Below, in pieces: positions 23,193 through 36,017 of a DNA stretch of 64,000 nt. Origin of the DNA: Aplysia californica. Its lineage: Eukaryota. The position numbers were made by a program, and so were the translations under genes. The notes below the pieces were generated by a model. It saw nothing but the letters and a program-made list of their open reading frames with translations, did not search any database and was not told where the DNA came from. The DNA lies in contig NW_004797706.1 in the NCBI RefSeq assembly GCF_000002075.1, forward strand, positions 357,969 to 421,968, given 5' to 3'. Numbering within the stretch: position 1 is the stretch's first letter; each line of letters starts with the position of its first letter.

Positions 23193-26100
23193 AGCAGTGT
23201 TCTTTTTCAGACATCGACGGGGACCATGGTCACCTCCCTTTGAACACGTTCAAGAACATTTTCCACAGAGACGAAATGTATCGATCGGAGCTTGATGGAT
23301 CACATTCGGACACACAGACATTCGCCAAGCCTCTCGTGGACAACTGCACATTGTCTGACCTTGACCTACTTCTGGTTGCCGACGGTACAGCGTCGGAGCT
23401 TTATTGGGACCAAGGTCGATTTTTCCGGAATCTTCTCGATATTTTCGACCTGGGAAAGGAAGATGATTTTACAAGGGTGAACGTGTCGATTGTGGCAGCT
23501 TGTCCCGAGAACGAAACCTCAACAGTGCCTCTGCACCCTCTCGCCGCCTTTGGGCAGTTCTCCAACAAGACAGATCTCCGAAACGCCAGCTACTTAGGGA
23601 ACAACAGCTTGCACTGTACGTCTGGGCATGTTCAAGACATTCAAAACGCAGCCTTGAAATTTCTGCGAAACTCCTCCTGCAAGTCTAAGTCCTCACCTTC
23701 TTCTGTATCATCATTCTCACGTTCTTCCTTGGTGATAATTTTAATACAGTCGCACAGGGTGCACACAAAGATGATTTCCAGCTCAGAAAAAACGTGGGCC
23801 CAGTCTAGAAACGTCAGAATGCTCACCGTTTTCCTCACTCACGACAGTCTGTACAATATCGATCAGGAATGCGCACGGTGCGAGGAGGGGCCACTGTACG
23901 GGAAAGTTATCGAAAGCTCCAAGAGGCTTTTCCCGGTTGACCAGGCCATCCCTCTGATCATCTGTCGTGAGTGCTACCCAGGGTGGATATTCCACTCTCT
24001 GTCGGGGGCGAAAAGTTCGCCGTTGCTAGCGATCTCTTCTTGTTACAAATTTTTGGATCTCGAAGACAGGAACTGGATGACAGCAAGCCTGGCCTGCATG
24101 GAAAAACATATGTCATTTCTAGTGAGCATAGAAAGCAAAGAAGAGCTGGGATTCTTAGAAAATATGATCCGTGGAAACAGCACCCTCGTTCAGAGCGGTG
24201 TGAACGTTTTTATAGGATTGAAAAGAAAATTGTCATCGCTACAACGAGAGTTCGAATGGATCAGCACAAATCCTTTGGTATTTCCTTTCTGGAAAGAAGG
24301 AGAGCCGTATGGACGCAAAACTAAAGAATGTGCAGTGTGGGAGTTTGCCAAGCCTGCTAAAAGCACAGGTGCTGGTAACGTATCTGAGGGGTGGAGTGGA
24401 ATAGGTTGTGGTGTTACGGTTCCTAGCATAGCCGTGTGCGAAAGTCAAGCATGGGTGTCCCCCTCGAAGCGCAGAGTCATGACACCCAGCGTAAGCCAGA
24501 GAAAAAAGAAGGAAGCTCTTCAAAAGGGCGATATTGTGTTTAACGTTACGTCGGGGATCAAATCTGTAGACGAAGGCTTCTTCTCCTCAAGCACTTTAAT
24601 GGCAAAATTGACATGGATTGTACAGAAGAAGTCAAAGGAGTTTTATTTTTCTGTTTATCTGAAAAACAAAGAAACGAAATCATTAAAAGCTAGCGACATC
24701 AAGCTTTTTAGATGTATAACTGGAGATAAGATTCCTTACTCGTATGTAGCTGACAATATTCCCCAGTGCAAACTCTTTATGGATGATGAAGTAAGTCATA
24801 AGAACAATATATATTATTCGGAAAAACTCTTTACCTGCGCGTCGGGACAGAAAGTGCCTATCAATGAACACTGTGACTCCTTTCCCGACTGCCCTGACGG
24901 GAGTGACGAGAAAGACACATGTATCAGCTGTAATCACAAGATGTGCCCGAGCGGGGAGTGTCTGCCCTTACACTGGTTCTACGACGATGTCCCAGACTGC
25001 ACCGAGTGTCAGAGCCACTCGCAAACTAACAGTGACAGCACTGAGAGCGACGTCGACTGCGTCTTCCTGTGCAACAGAACGGCGTGCGTGAGCCGTGCAA
25101 TGTTGGGAGACGGCTTCGTCGACTGTCAGGGACCTGAAGGTCCACTGGACGAAACAATTGGCTCTCTGGAATCCACGACATGTAGGCCTACTAGTATTAG
25201 CTCTAACTCTAGCCTTGATAAATCAGGCATCACTAACTGGGGACCGAAGTGTGTACTCGTGGACGATGTCTACGGAGGGATCCTAGGCTGTAGAAATTTC
25301 CAACATCTTCAAGACTGTGAAAAGTTTGTATGCCAAGAGGGCTTCGTCAAATGCCCCAACTCCTACTGTATCCCTCTGCAGTACGTAAACGACCAGAAAC
25401 GACACTGTCCAATGGGTGAGGACGAAACAGATATGAAATTAAATTGTACGGACCTGTTCAGGTGTTCGATCACCAGCGATGGGGTTTGTCTGCATCCCGA
25501 CAGTGTCTGCGACGGCAAACGAGACTGTGATACCGGAGACGATGAGCTGAACTGTCACGTGGAATGCCGGGAGGGGTTTCTGTGTGTGGCTGGCACTGTG
25601 GTCACGACCGACTATAACAAGAGCATTCCGCTGACAGACTTGGATTTTATTGATAAGGGGACCAGGTATCTGGATCTCAGCGGGGTGGATGTATCTGGCG
25701 CTATCGGTACTTTTGTCTGCCAAAACTGGAAGCTCAAGCACTTGAATCTGTCTCAGTGTAATATAAATGGAACAGACTCAAACTTATGCACGAAGTCAGA
25801 ATGGTTGTTTTTAAGTGTTTTAGATTTAAGTTTCAATCCTATAGACGACGAGACGGTTATGGATGTATTTCAGAGCGTTCCTTTCATACAGTACCTCAAC
25901 CTATCCAATTGCGAAAAGCTCAAGTCCTTGAAAATCCCAAACATAGAAGAGCTTAAGGAAATAGACTTGTCTTACAGTGGTATAACGCATCTGCAGTTCG
26001 CCGGCAATTTCAAATACTTGAACAGTATAAACTTAAGAGGTTCCAAAATATCGGAACTGAAATCAGGAATGTTTCCCAAATGTATTGCCGTCTTAGACCT

Positions 26101-27247
26101 TCGCGATCTCGAGCTGGAACGAGTCGACCCAGATTCCTTCCAGGATGTGCAGAGAATTGGCTCTCTCTACACGAGCACGTACAAGCTGTGCTGCCCGCAG
26201 TACCACGACGGGGGGCGGGGGCTGACGAGGTGCCACTCTCCAAACGACCCCTTCTCCTCCTGCTCCGACTTGATGGAAGGTGTGACCATGAGAGCTCTGA
26301 TCTGGATCAACGGCTTGTTGGCCCTGGTCGGGAATGTGGTGGTGGTTGTCAACCGTTTGGTGTACAACCGCTGTGCTCTCAGAATGGCGTACGGCCACTT
26401 CGTGGTGCACTTAAGCATCTCCGACTTCTTCATGGGGGTTTACCTGTTGGTCATCGCCTCCGCCGACAGCTATTTCCGGGACATCTACTACATGAGCGAG
26501 CGCTCCTGGCTCCACAGCGGCCTCTGTAAGTTCGCCGGCTTCCTCTCCACATTGTCTAGCGAGACGTCCATGTTTTTCATCCTTCTCATCACCCTGGACA
26601 GATTCCTCGTGATCAAATTTCCCTTCGGGCAGTATCGAATATCCCTCCCATTCGTCCACGTCCTCTCCGTTATGGCATGGGTACTTGGTCTGTTTATTTC
26701 CCTGGCCCCGTTCCTGCCCCCGTTCCAGGACTGGCAGATGTACAGCTTCAACGGCGTCTGTATCGGCCTGCCACTAGGGGACAGAACTCTCCTAGGATTC
26801 CAGTTCTCGGTGGCCGTTTTTGTGTACCTGAACCTCGGTCTGTTCATCCTCATCGCTGTGGGTCAAGTGGTCATCTTCAGGGCCGTGGGTGAAACAAGAC
26901 GTGGCGCGGCTCACAAGACCAGCAAGCCCATCGTCAGACGGGCAGAGGACATAGAGGTGGCCAAACGTCTGTTCCTGGTGGCGGCCTCCGACTTCATGTG
27001 TTGGTTTCCTGTGGGGGTCATGGGGCTCGTCTCTCTCCTGGGCTACCAGCTGGGCTATCACGCTTACGCCTGGGCGGCTATCCTGGTCATACCGATCAAC
27101 TCCGCCATCAACCCCATCCTCTACAACGCAGCAAACATCGTGAGCGGCTGCAAAACTGTGTACCAGAAAACCCAAAAGCTGTACTCCACCTACATGTATA
27201 CAACTGAGGGCTCTCAGCCCAACACCGATGGAAGCCGAGGACAGTAA
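23193..27247 (+). CDS. GRL101: GRL101/LGR type C-like GPCR main exon: VWA-like (~23350-23960), C-type lectin (~23970-24445), LDLa repeats (~24700-25570), LRRs (~25650-26200), class A 7TM (~26290-27125)
   Basis: About 4-kb stop-free exon. CTL motifs CYPGW/SCYKF/LVSIES..E/FIGL/W..GEP/W...C; LDLa CDSFPDCPDGSDE and CDGKRDCDTGDDE; LRR LxxLDLSxNxI; 7TM GN, LSISD, TLDRF, CWFP, NSAINPILY. Phase-1 acceptors end at 23192 and 23210. Confidence 0.92.
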
Positions 27248-29974
27248 TTTGAGTAATTATATATATAAATGTACAAAGTTATGTACGGATTTAAAGATAG
27301 GACTGTCGTATTGCATGTTTTCACCAAATGTATCAAATCATGATCTACAAAATGAAGGCAATAATCAATTACTTGTTACTTTGATTTTTGGTTTATAGAT
27401 AAAGTGAAAGTATGACTGAAGCCAAAGTCGGATTACCACAAAAGACTTGAGTACGCCTGTAAATTTCAGTGAAAACTTAAACATAGGTGCATAGGCCTAA
27501 TAATCCTCCTAGATTTATGTGATTTTTTTTAAAGGGGGGTGGGGGGAGATCAAGATCGGTGACTTTTGTTCGGTTCACTTCGCCGTATTCGGCACTAATA
27601 TAATCGAATAGTATTAGTAATACAAATCATCTACATGTACTCTCCCCCACACCCTCTTTTAAGTCTTTTAGTAAATCTTACATTCCTAACTCTCTACTAT
27701 AAATCTAATTCTGTTTTTCTGGCCACAGATGGTTATTACAGTGGCTTGCCTCAATTTTTATATTATCATTATTATCATCATTATAATTATAGCTTGTTTG
27801 CTTTTATCTGTCCGCTCTAAAAACCCATTCTAGCTCATTTATTAATTTGCCAACGCGCACGTAACTTTGCATAGCCAGTCCAGTAGGTCAGCGATCAAAC
27901 CATGACATTACTAAACATTTGATTTTTTACCTCCTCTGTCTGAGCCACGTCGAGCGGAGATGCAATTTTCTGAGTTGGTAGGCCAACTAAGCAGCTCTTT
28001 CAACTGGGATGTTTATATTTATAGTTGACCTTTCTCACCCTGCACCACGGTATAGGCCACGGACAAACACTTTGCACTTTTCTCTATCCTGGGCTAGTGT
28101 TTAAAGTAATTGATCAAAATATCAGGGTTCCCTGGACTCCCTGGACTCCCTGGACTCCCTCCATCCACCTTTTGCGTGGTCTTCCTCTTCCTTTATACTA
28201 GCCTGAGAATTTGCTGTTATAGGTTTTCGACTCATTTCGAGACTGGCTCGAGTGACATTCATAACAGGCGGTCGTTTGTTCTCTATTTTTCCACGAAATG
28301 CAGATAGGAATCTGCGCCAATACACACGTAGCTGCTCTTATTTCTACATTTCTATGCCTGTCTCTTCTTGTGATGTTAAAGTTAAAAGTTTTGCGGTGAC
28401 ATTTCCTCTCACTTGCATTGATTTTACTTTCATGTCTTGTCGTAGGCCTACATGTACTTAATATCCATGTCTGGCACTGGTAGTATAGTAACAATGCTGG
28501 TATAATAAATGTGAAGTGTGCTGACAAAATGAGTTACTTCTCGGATTCAAGCCTTAATGAAATAGATACGTGCTTAATGCTTATTGGTACAGCTTTTATA
28601 ATTTATAAGTATGAAAAAAAAATAGGCGTGTTATACATAAATAATAGGGCATCAATAGAAAATCTACTAATTTGGCCTGAGTGTTTCAACTGTCCAACAT
28701 AATATTATTGATTACTCCACATTGACACAATCATTTAGGTTTCCATCATTTAAGAGGCAGGCTTCCATCCTGCCTGACAGGGATACAACATCCCATCAGG
28801 AAAGACTCAGATACTTAATAAAAAGTTTCCCCACTCGGGTCTCCTGAGAGCCATGGCAAAGTGCCTAATTGCTACACCACAGACACTGATATATTTGTCA
28901 CAAAAACAGAACGTGAAAAGCCGAACATACACCAAATTCACACAAATTTAGTCGGAAAGGTAAACAAACACTCGTAACTCAAAAACAGAAAAGGTAAACA
29001 CTCATTTTGAGGTAGATTGTAAACACATTTAATAGAATTCAGCAGATCATGTTGTTATAGAATAACCATAATAAAAATATGAGCATCTGGACAGAACGAT
29101 CAGTGAAAGCCCCGCAGAATGTTATCATTGTACATGTATGATGAACGGATCTCTGAGTTATACAGTGGAGCCTGAATAAACTGAACAAAGAATATTTTTT
29201 AAAATATAAAATATATATATATATGTAAATGTACATGTATGTATAGAGAAAGAAAGAGAGAGAGAATAATAATAATCTAAAACAGTGGTAAACCAAAAGA
29301 CAAGAAAACCCCTGAAATTTGTTCCTTTACTTCTATTTGAATTTGAGCAGTCTCTCATAACTCTGAAAACCCGCCCTAACCATGGAAAATTCCACGTACG
29401 CAAACTCCACTGTATATATCAGACACATATATACTATACATTATGTGCAAGAGGAAATATTCGAGGTTTGACTTTGGTACGTGAAGTAAAAATCATTTTA
29501 CCAAGCAGCAGTGCCATCATCAGCAGCCCACTAGATGAGGCATAGGTAGATCTAGACCTTGCTGAAGCTTAAATATTATGAATGGAAATATAAAATATCT
29601 TTAAAAAATACTATATAGTATCATCACAGCAAAGCTTCAGTAAAATACAAACCTTCAATAAAATAGAAATCAGGACATATCAATGTCTTATCAATGGCAT
29701 ACAGTACAGTACAAAATGGTAAAGTCTGATAACATTCCTGAACATTTCTTTTTGTTCGTCTTTGTATCTCTGCTACTTCAAAATGAAAAGGTCGTGTTGA
29801 ATGACAAACTCTATGGTTCTGGTTAGATCCCCCGTTGGAACGCTCTGATCTTGGAGTTTTCAATGGCTCTCCACTCACTTGTCTAGGTCCTATTGGACAA
29901 GGATGTTACATTTGGAGGTCCCGCCTCTTAAGTCTTAAATAATCTTACAGTTACAATGTTCAAAAGGGCATCAA

Positions 29975-30482
29975 CCCTATCCGTACGTTGTGTTTTACTA
30001 TCGTATCCATACGACGTGGGGTACTCTGTGCCATCACTTAACCCTATCCGTACGTCGTGTTTTACTATTGTATCCATACGACGTGGGGAACCCTGTGCCA
30101 CCACTTAACCCTCTCTGTACGTTGTGTTTTACTATCGTATCCATATGACGTGGGGAACTCTGTGCCACCACTTAACCCTATCCGTACGTCGTGTTTTACT
30201 ATCGTATCCATACGACGTGGGGAACTCTGTGCCATCACTTAACCCTATCCGTACGTCGTGTTTTACTGTCGTATCCATACGACGTGGGGAACTCTATGCC
30301 ACCACTTTCCAAAAAGGAAATTTACTTGTTAATCCGATCCGTACGCTTTGCATAGCAGTCTGTCAAAACAATTTTTTGAGAAATTCGGAAAGTTTCAAAG
30401 AGATCTTCGTACTAGAAGTATTCTAAAATGTGAAAAATACAACCCCGGGGGTACAAAATAACCACAGGGTGTACGGATAGGG
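29975..30482. mobile_element. piggyBac-like MITE (CCCTATCCGTAC...GTACGGATAGGG-TTAA) with its left end repeated 5 x 67 bp
   Basis: 12-bp TIR with TTAA flank; units start at 29975, 30042, 30109, 30176, 30243. Confidence 0.85.
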
Positions 30483-30989
30483 TTAATAAATCTTTACACA
30501 GACAATCTTTCTCTCTCAGTAAGAAGGTGACTGTGTAATCATGGCAACTACGTCCAACTTGGGTTCCACTGTAGCCTTTCAAGAATACCCGCAGGGGAAA
30601 AAACTAAAAGGCTTGAAAGTCAGCCTTCAACTACCGTCACACAGTAACCAGAAAACGGTAGTATCAAATAAAGATTCCAGTTTTCTGTTGGAAATGCTAA
30701 TATTATCAGAGAGGGCCAGTTTGCAACAGACACCACTGATCCATAATATCAATAATTCATACAAATTCTGCATATACATGTATACATGTGACTTGGCATG
30801 AACATATTGTCTGAAAGACTCAAGTATGATGGTCAAAACTGTGAATTCTCATGTAATTACAAGAAAAATACAACAACAACTGTACAATAAGACAAGGAAA
30901 TATTTGTCCGACTATAACTTACTATAAGTTAGAACAGTCCTCAGAAAAGTGCATAACTCATGAGGTTACAAGATGTTAGACATGTGTGT

Positions 30990-31020
<31 letters not shown>

Positions 31021-33629
31021 GGGGGGGGGGGAGGAGGAAAATAAATATAAATGCACTCCCTGCTTTAGTTGAACTATCAAATAAACTGCATAAAACTGAT
31101 GGGACTTTTATTTGCTGTGAATTCCATATTTGCAGTGAACATTGTTCTAAAGAAGAGCTATTCCATGAAAACTCAAACTGCAGTGACACACGCTATGCCG
31201 AGACGATGACCTGCAGAAAAATACTCCAAGAAGTGATGAAGCCATTCATTTCTTTTTTTTTTCCTTTGTTTGAGGCAACCTTCCTAAAATAAAAAATTTT
31301 AAAGGCTCTTACCACTGTTGAGTATTTTTCTTCAGCAAGTAAGAAGACCTGCTGAAAAAAAAAAAAAATTCTAAGAAGCGATGGAGCTATTCTTTAGTTG
31401 TTTTTTAAAGTTAAAGTTAGACTCTAGAGGCAACCTCTCCTTATAAAATTACAGAATTCTTCTTCAGGAGGTCACATTCTTGCATTACATTTGCCATTGC
31501 AGTCTGATTTTTCATGGAAATGGCCCAGAAGTGAAAAATTCAGGACAGTCCTACAAAAAGCTAGAGATCTGGAATGTGAGTTATATATAGATGCATCCTT
31601 CTTACTATAAGAACACAACATCAAAACAACAGTTAAAAAAGTAATAAAAAAGGATGTTTCATCATAAATAATATTTATATATATTTAAATATATATACAT
31701 ATTAATAATATATTTATTAATACTGTGGGAAAACAATGATGACCCTGATGATATCAAAACATTATAAATGCAAATCAGCTGCACAAAAGATATTAATATT
31801 CATGACAATATTTGACTTCTGTATACATATAAAAAAAATATTTTTCCAAAATAGATCTCAGCAGAGAAACTTAAGGCCATAACACCAGGGAAAAAAGCAA
31901 GTGCATAAAAATGTCATGAGTAACAACAGTAATATCATTTCATATTATGAATAGTACAATTACTATCCACATCGCCCACATACACAAAAGGCAAACACGT
32001 TGATGTCACATATATAGCAGTGCGTTGTACTTTCAGTTTTTAGTAGAGGTTTTACGGCGCTCGCAACAGCAGAAGGTCATATGAGCGCCAGAAGATTCGA
32101 GGTGTTACAAGAGAGTAACTAACATAAAAAAGAAGAAGGGGAGATAAAGACGATAGTCGTTTGATAGGAAGAAGCAAACTACACCAGAGCACCCTCAAAC
32201 CACCCACGTGCGTTGTACAGCAATAGAACAGATCGCACATGAGTGAAGGTGAAACTTAAGTTTTAGTAAGAGTTTTACGGCACTTGTAACACAATAAGGT
32301 TATATAAGTGCCAAAGAATAGAGGTCTTACGAGAGAGTAACAGCCACAAAAAAGGAGGACAGATCAGGACGATAGATATTTGATAGGAAAGAAGGAGCAA
32401 ACCACACAAGAGCACCCGCTAACCACCCACGATGTAGTGTAGGTAAATCTTTGCAAGCGTGGGGCAACCAATCTCCAGGCAGGAGAGAAAATGTTCTACA
32501 AAGGGCGACAAAATAATTGTGGCACCACTCAAATTCCAGCCAAAACTTCTAGGAGACAGCTCAAATTGTTGATATACTTTCCCACCGTGGTAACCAAGGT
32601 TAACATAAAAAAAAGACTAAAAGAAGCAAAAAAAAAACCTAAAAGAAGCAAAAAAACAAAATCAAAACAAAAAACATAAAAGAGGAAAACAACAACAAAA
32701 ACTAAGTGAGTAGGCCAACTGCACAAAGATCTCTAGATCTAGCCTTTTCCAAGTGTAAGAACACTAGCCTCCCTCTCAACAAGCATACACCAACGACATC
32801 AAGATAGAGAGCAAAAATAAGCTCACTCACTCACTGACCCATCTTCATCCTCATTTCAACCCGCAGGGAAAAAAAAAAGGGTAGACTAAGGTCTGGAAAG
32901 TGGGTGGTTGGCAGGTGCTCTGGTGTGGTTTGTTCCTTCTTTCCTATTAAACATCTATCGTCCTTACCTTTCCTACTTCTTTTCGGTGTTTGCTCTCCTT
33001 TTGTAACACCTCTAATCTTCAGCACTTATATGACCTTATTGTATTGCAAGTGCCGTAAAGCTCGTAAAAAAAATTTTTTTAATTCTGGAAAACAAGATGA
33101 TGAATGTCCCCGAGATGCAAGGACCGAGAAAAGTGAAAGCCATCAGTAGGACAAGATGAAATATGACATGATCAGAAATAAGAAGATCAGGAACACGGTA
33201 TACACAGTGCACATTGGCAAAACAACACAAACTACAGTTGAATTGTGGCACGGCCAGCCAGACTTTTCTCCTTGGAATAGAGGGGTGTGTGTGCGTGTGT
33301 CACAAAAGGTACCATTTTGCCGCAATACGACTGTGATGCGACTCGCAACCTTAAAAAACAAACAAGTTCGATTTTTAGGTATTTACCAAATTTTGTCAAA
33401 TTCTGTACGTCATGTGCTAGAGTCTATACACTTAGTTTTAGTAGAGGTTTTACGGCGCTCGCAACCGCAGAAGGTCATAAGAGCGCCAGAAGATTAGAGG
33501 TGTTCCAAGAGAGTAACAAACATAAAAAAGAAGAAGGAAAGATAAAGACAATAGTTGTTTGATAGGAAAGAAGAAGCAAACCACACCAGAGCACCTGCCA
33601 ACCACCCACATCTTGTATACACGTATACA

Positions 33630-33850
33630 AAGGCTTTAAGTGACTGGAACCCACAAAGTAAAACATCAAGGGGAAGACCACGTGGAACCTGGAGAAGAGT
33701 CACACAAGCTGATGTACAGAAAAGTGGGAAGACGTGGAATAACACCAAGTGTCTAGCCCAGATAGAAGGGAAAGGTGGAAAGTGTTTGTTCGTGGCCTAT
33801 ATCCTGATCCAGGGTGAGAAAGGCAATGATGATGAATCTGATGATGACAG
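33630..33850 (+). mobile_element. RTE LINE 3' end fragment; another copy at 50350-50565
   Basis: WNPQSK..RGRPRGTWRR motif and GGGTGAGAAAGGC end, here followed by an (ATG)n tail. Confidence 0.75.
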
Positions 33851-34007
33851 GCTTTCAGTAGAATGCAAACTCACGATAGTTAAATTCAAACCATTAAATA
33901 AAATGTAAACAGCAGAAACGCAGGGAAAGGTCCAGCAAACAACCACAAAAAGTCTGAGAGTTGAATACAAGTCGCTGTAAATGTGATTACAGATCAAAAT
34001 GTGGATA

Positions 34008-34327
34008 TCAAAGTCTAAGTTTGCGACAAAAGAACATAAAAAAGTCTTTCACGGAAGAAACAGTTCTACGAAAAACGAGAATACAAAGAAGTAAGACCCA
34101 AAATAGACAAACCACTATCCTTAAAATATTATCACTGTTCAGGAAATCAAAAGCAGGGCGCCTTGGTAGACGGACACCAGCTCTGCCTCGACCTCTGCGC
34201 AGTGAGAAATTTGTCTTTTGCCTGGTCGCATTTGGCAATCGAAGCCGACATTTGTACAGTGGTGTTACAATTGCCAGACGATCGCTGTATGTCTTAGGGT
34301 ACTTCGTTTTGAGAGAACTGGTCAGTT
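34008..34327 (-). CDS. RNF180: RNF180-like alternative last exon D (ELTSSLKTKYPK..IVVCLFWVLLLCILVF-RRTVSSVKDFFMFFCRKLRL*)
   Basis: Acceptor ttccttcacag|AACTG, phase 1, open to stop, with a hydrophobic TM segment. Confidence 0.75.
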
Positions 34328-34799
34328 CTGTGAAGGAAACACAAACCAAAAGAACATTAGCGCCCGCTATATAAGCTACATACAACCAACTGAAGATTGG
34401 GCTTTTGTGCTCGCGCTCACAACCGGAAAGTTGAGGGTTTGAATCCTCTCATGTCAAGAGACCAACGTTGTGTGCGTAGGAAAGGCAGTGTGTGTCAGCA
34501 GCATCACACAATAAAAAGACACAGGGTGACGACAAGCAATAGTAAGTTATACGTAAACTTACACATATATATATGGCTTTAGGCAGAACACATGTGGCTT
34601 TAAGCAGAACACATATGGTACTCATGATTAAATTCAAACCAATGAAAAAAACCCAAAAAATTGCAAACAAAAACATCCAGGAAAAGATCCTACGGGCAAG
34701 TAAAAATTGTCTGAGAATACAAATCCCTGGAAATGTGCTTGCAGATCAAAATGCAAACATGTAAGTCAAGTGTGCGACAAAGGAAGGTAAAAAAGCTTT

Positions 34800-35080
34800 T
34801 CACGGCTGAAAAAACACCAAGAGAGAAATAAAAATAGAACAAGCAAAGACAGGAACCAAACTCAACACTACACCCATAATACTGTCATCAATCAAGAAAG
34901 GAAAATCTGGCGCTCTTCTCAATCGAAGAGCATCTCTTTGTCTGCCTCTGTGTGGCGAGAAAGTTGTCATTTGTCTGGTCGCATTAGGCAATCTAAGCCG
35001 ACATTTGTACAGTGGGTTGACTATGGCCAGACGGTCACTGTATGTCTTAGGGTACTTCGTTTTGAGAGAACTGGTCAGTT
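34800..35080 (-). CDS. RNF180: RNF180-like alternative last exon C (..IMGVVLSLVPVFACSIFISLLVFFQP*)
   Basis: Acceptor ttccttcacag|AACTG, phase 1, intact ORF, terminal TM. Confidence 0.75.
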
Positions 35081-35518
35081 CTGTGAAGGAAACACAAACC
35101 AAAAGAACATTAGCGCCCGCTATATAAGCTACATACAACCAACTGAAGATTGGGCTGCTGTGCTCGCGCTCACAACCGGAAAGTTGAGGGTTTGAATCGC
35201 GTCATGGGCCTGACATTGTGTGCTTGGGAAAGGCAGTGTCACACAACAAAAAGACACAGGGTGACAAAAAGCTATAGCAAGATATTATATATATATATAC
35301 ACGTACACATATAAGGCTTTAGGCAGAACACATACGGTACTCATGATTCAATTCGAACCAATAAAAAAAAATATGCAAACAACAAAAAGAACCAGGAAAA
35401 GATCCTATGAGAAAGTAAAAACCGCCTGAGAATACAAATCCCTGCAAATGTGATTGCAGATCAAAATGCAAACTAACACCTAAGTCAAGTGTGCAACAAA
35501 TGAAGGTAAAAAAACTTT

Positions 35519-35802
35519 TCACGGGTGAAAAATCATCATCAAGAGAGAAATAAAAATACAGAAAGTAAAGATACAAACAAAACTAAACACTAAGCCCATA
35601 ATGCTGTCATCAAACAAGAAAGCAAAATCTGGCGGTCTTCTCAACGGGACAGCAACTCTCCGTACACCTCTGTGTGGCGAGAAATTTGTCTCTCGTCTGG
35701 TCGCATTAGGCAATCTAAGCTGACATTTGTACAGTGGTGTGATTATTGCCAGTCGATCACTGTATTTCTGAGGGTACTTCATTTTGAGAGCACTAGTCAG
35801 TT
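35519..35802 (-). CDS. RNF180: RNF180-like alternative last exon B (..IMGLVFSFVCIFTFCIFISLLMMIFHP*)
   Basis: Acceptor ttcttcctcctcag|AACTG, phase 1, intact ORF, terminal TM. Confidence 0.75.
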
Positions 35803-36017
35803 CTGAGGAGGAAGAAAAAACAGGCAAACCAAAAGAACATTAGTACACACTATATATAACCCACAGCCAACAGAAGATTAGTCCGTCGTGCTCGCAACCC
35901 AAAGATTGTGGGTTTGAATCCCGTCAAGGGCCTGACGTTGTGTGCTTGGGAAAGGCAGTGGCAGCAGCACCACACAACAAAAAGATACAGGGTGACAACA
36001 AGCAACAGTAAGATATA

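Noticed and set aside
26010-27207. Overlapping antisense/alternative-frame ORFs in the 7TM region
   Set aside because: Expected shadow ORFs of GC3-rich coding sequence.
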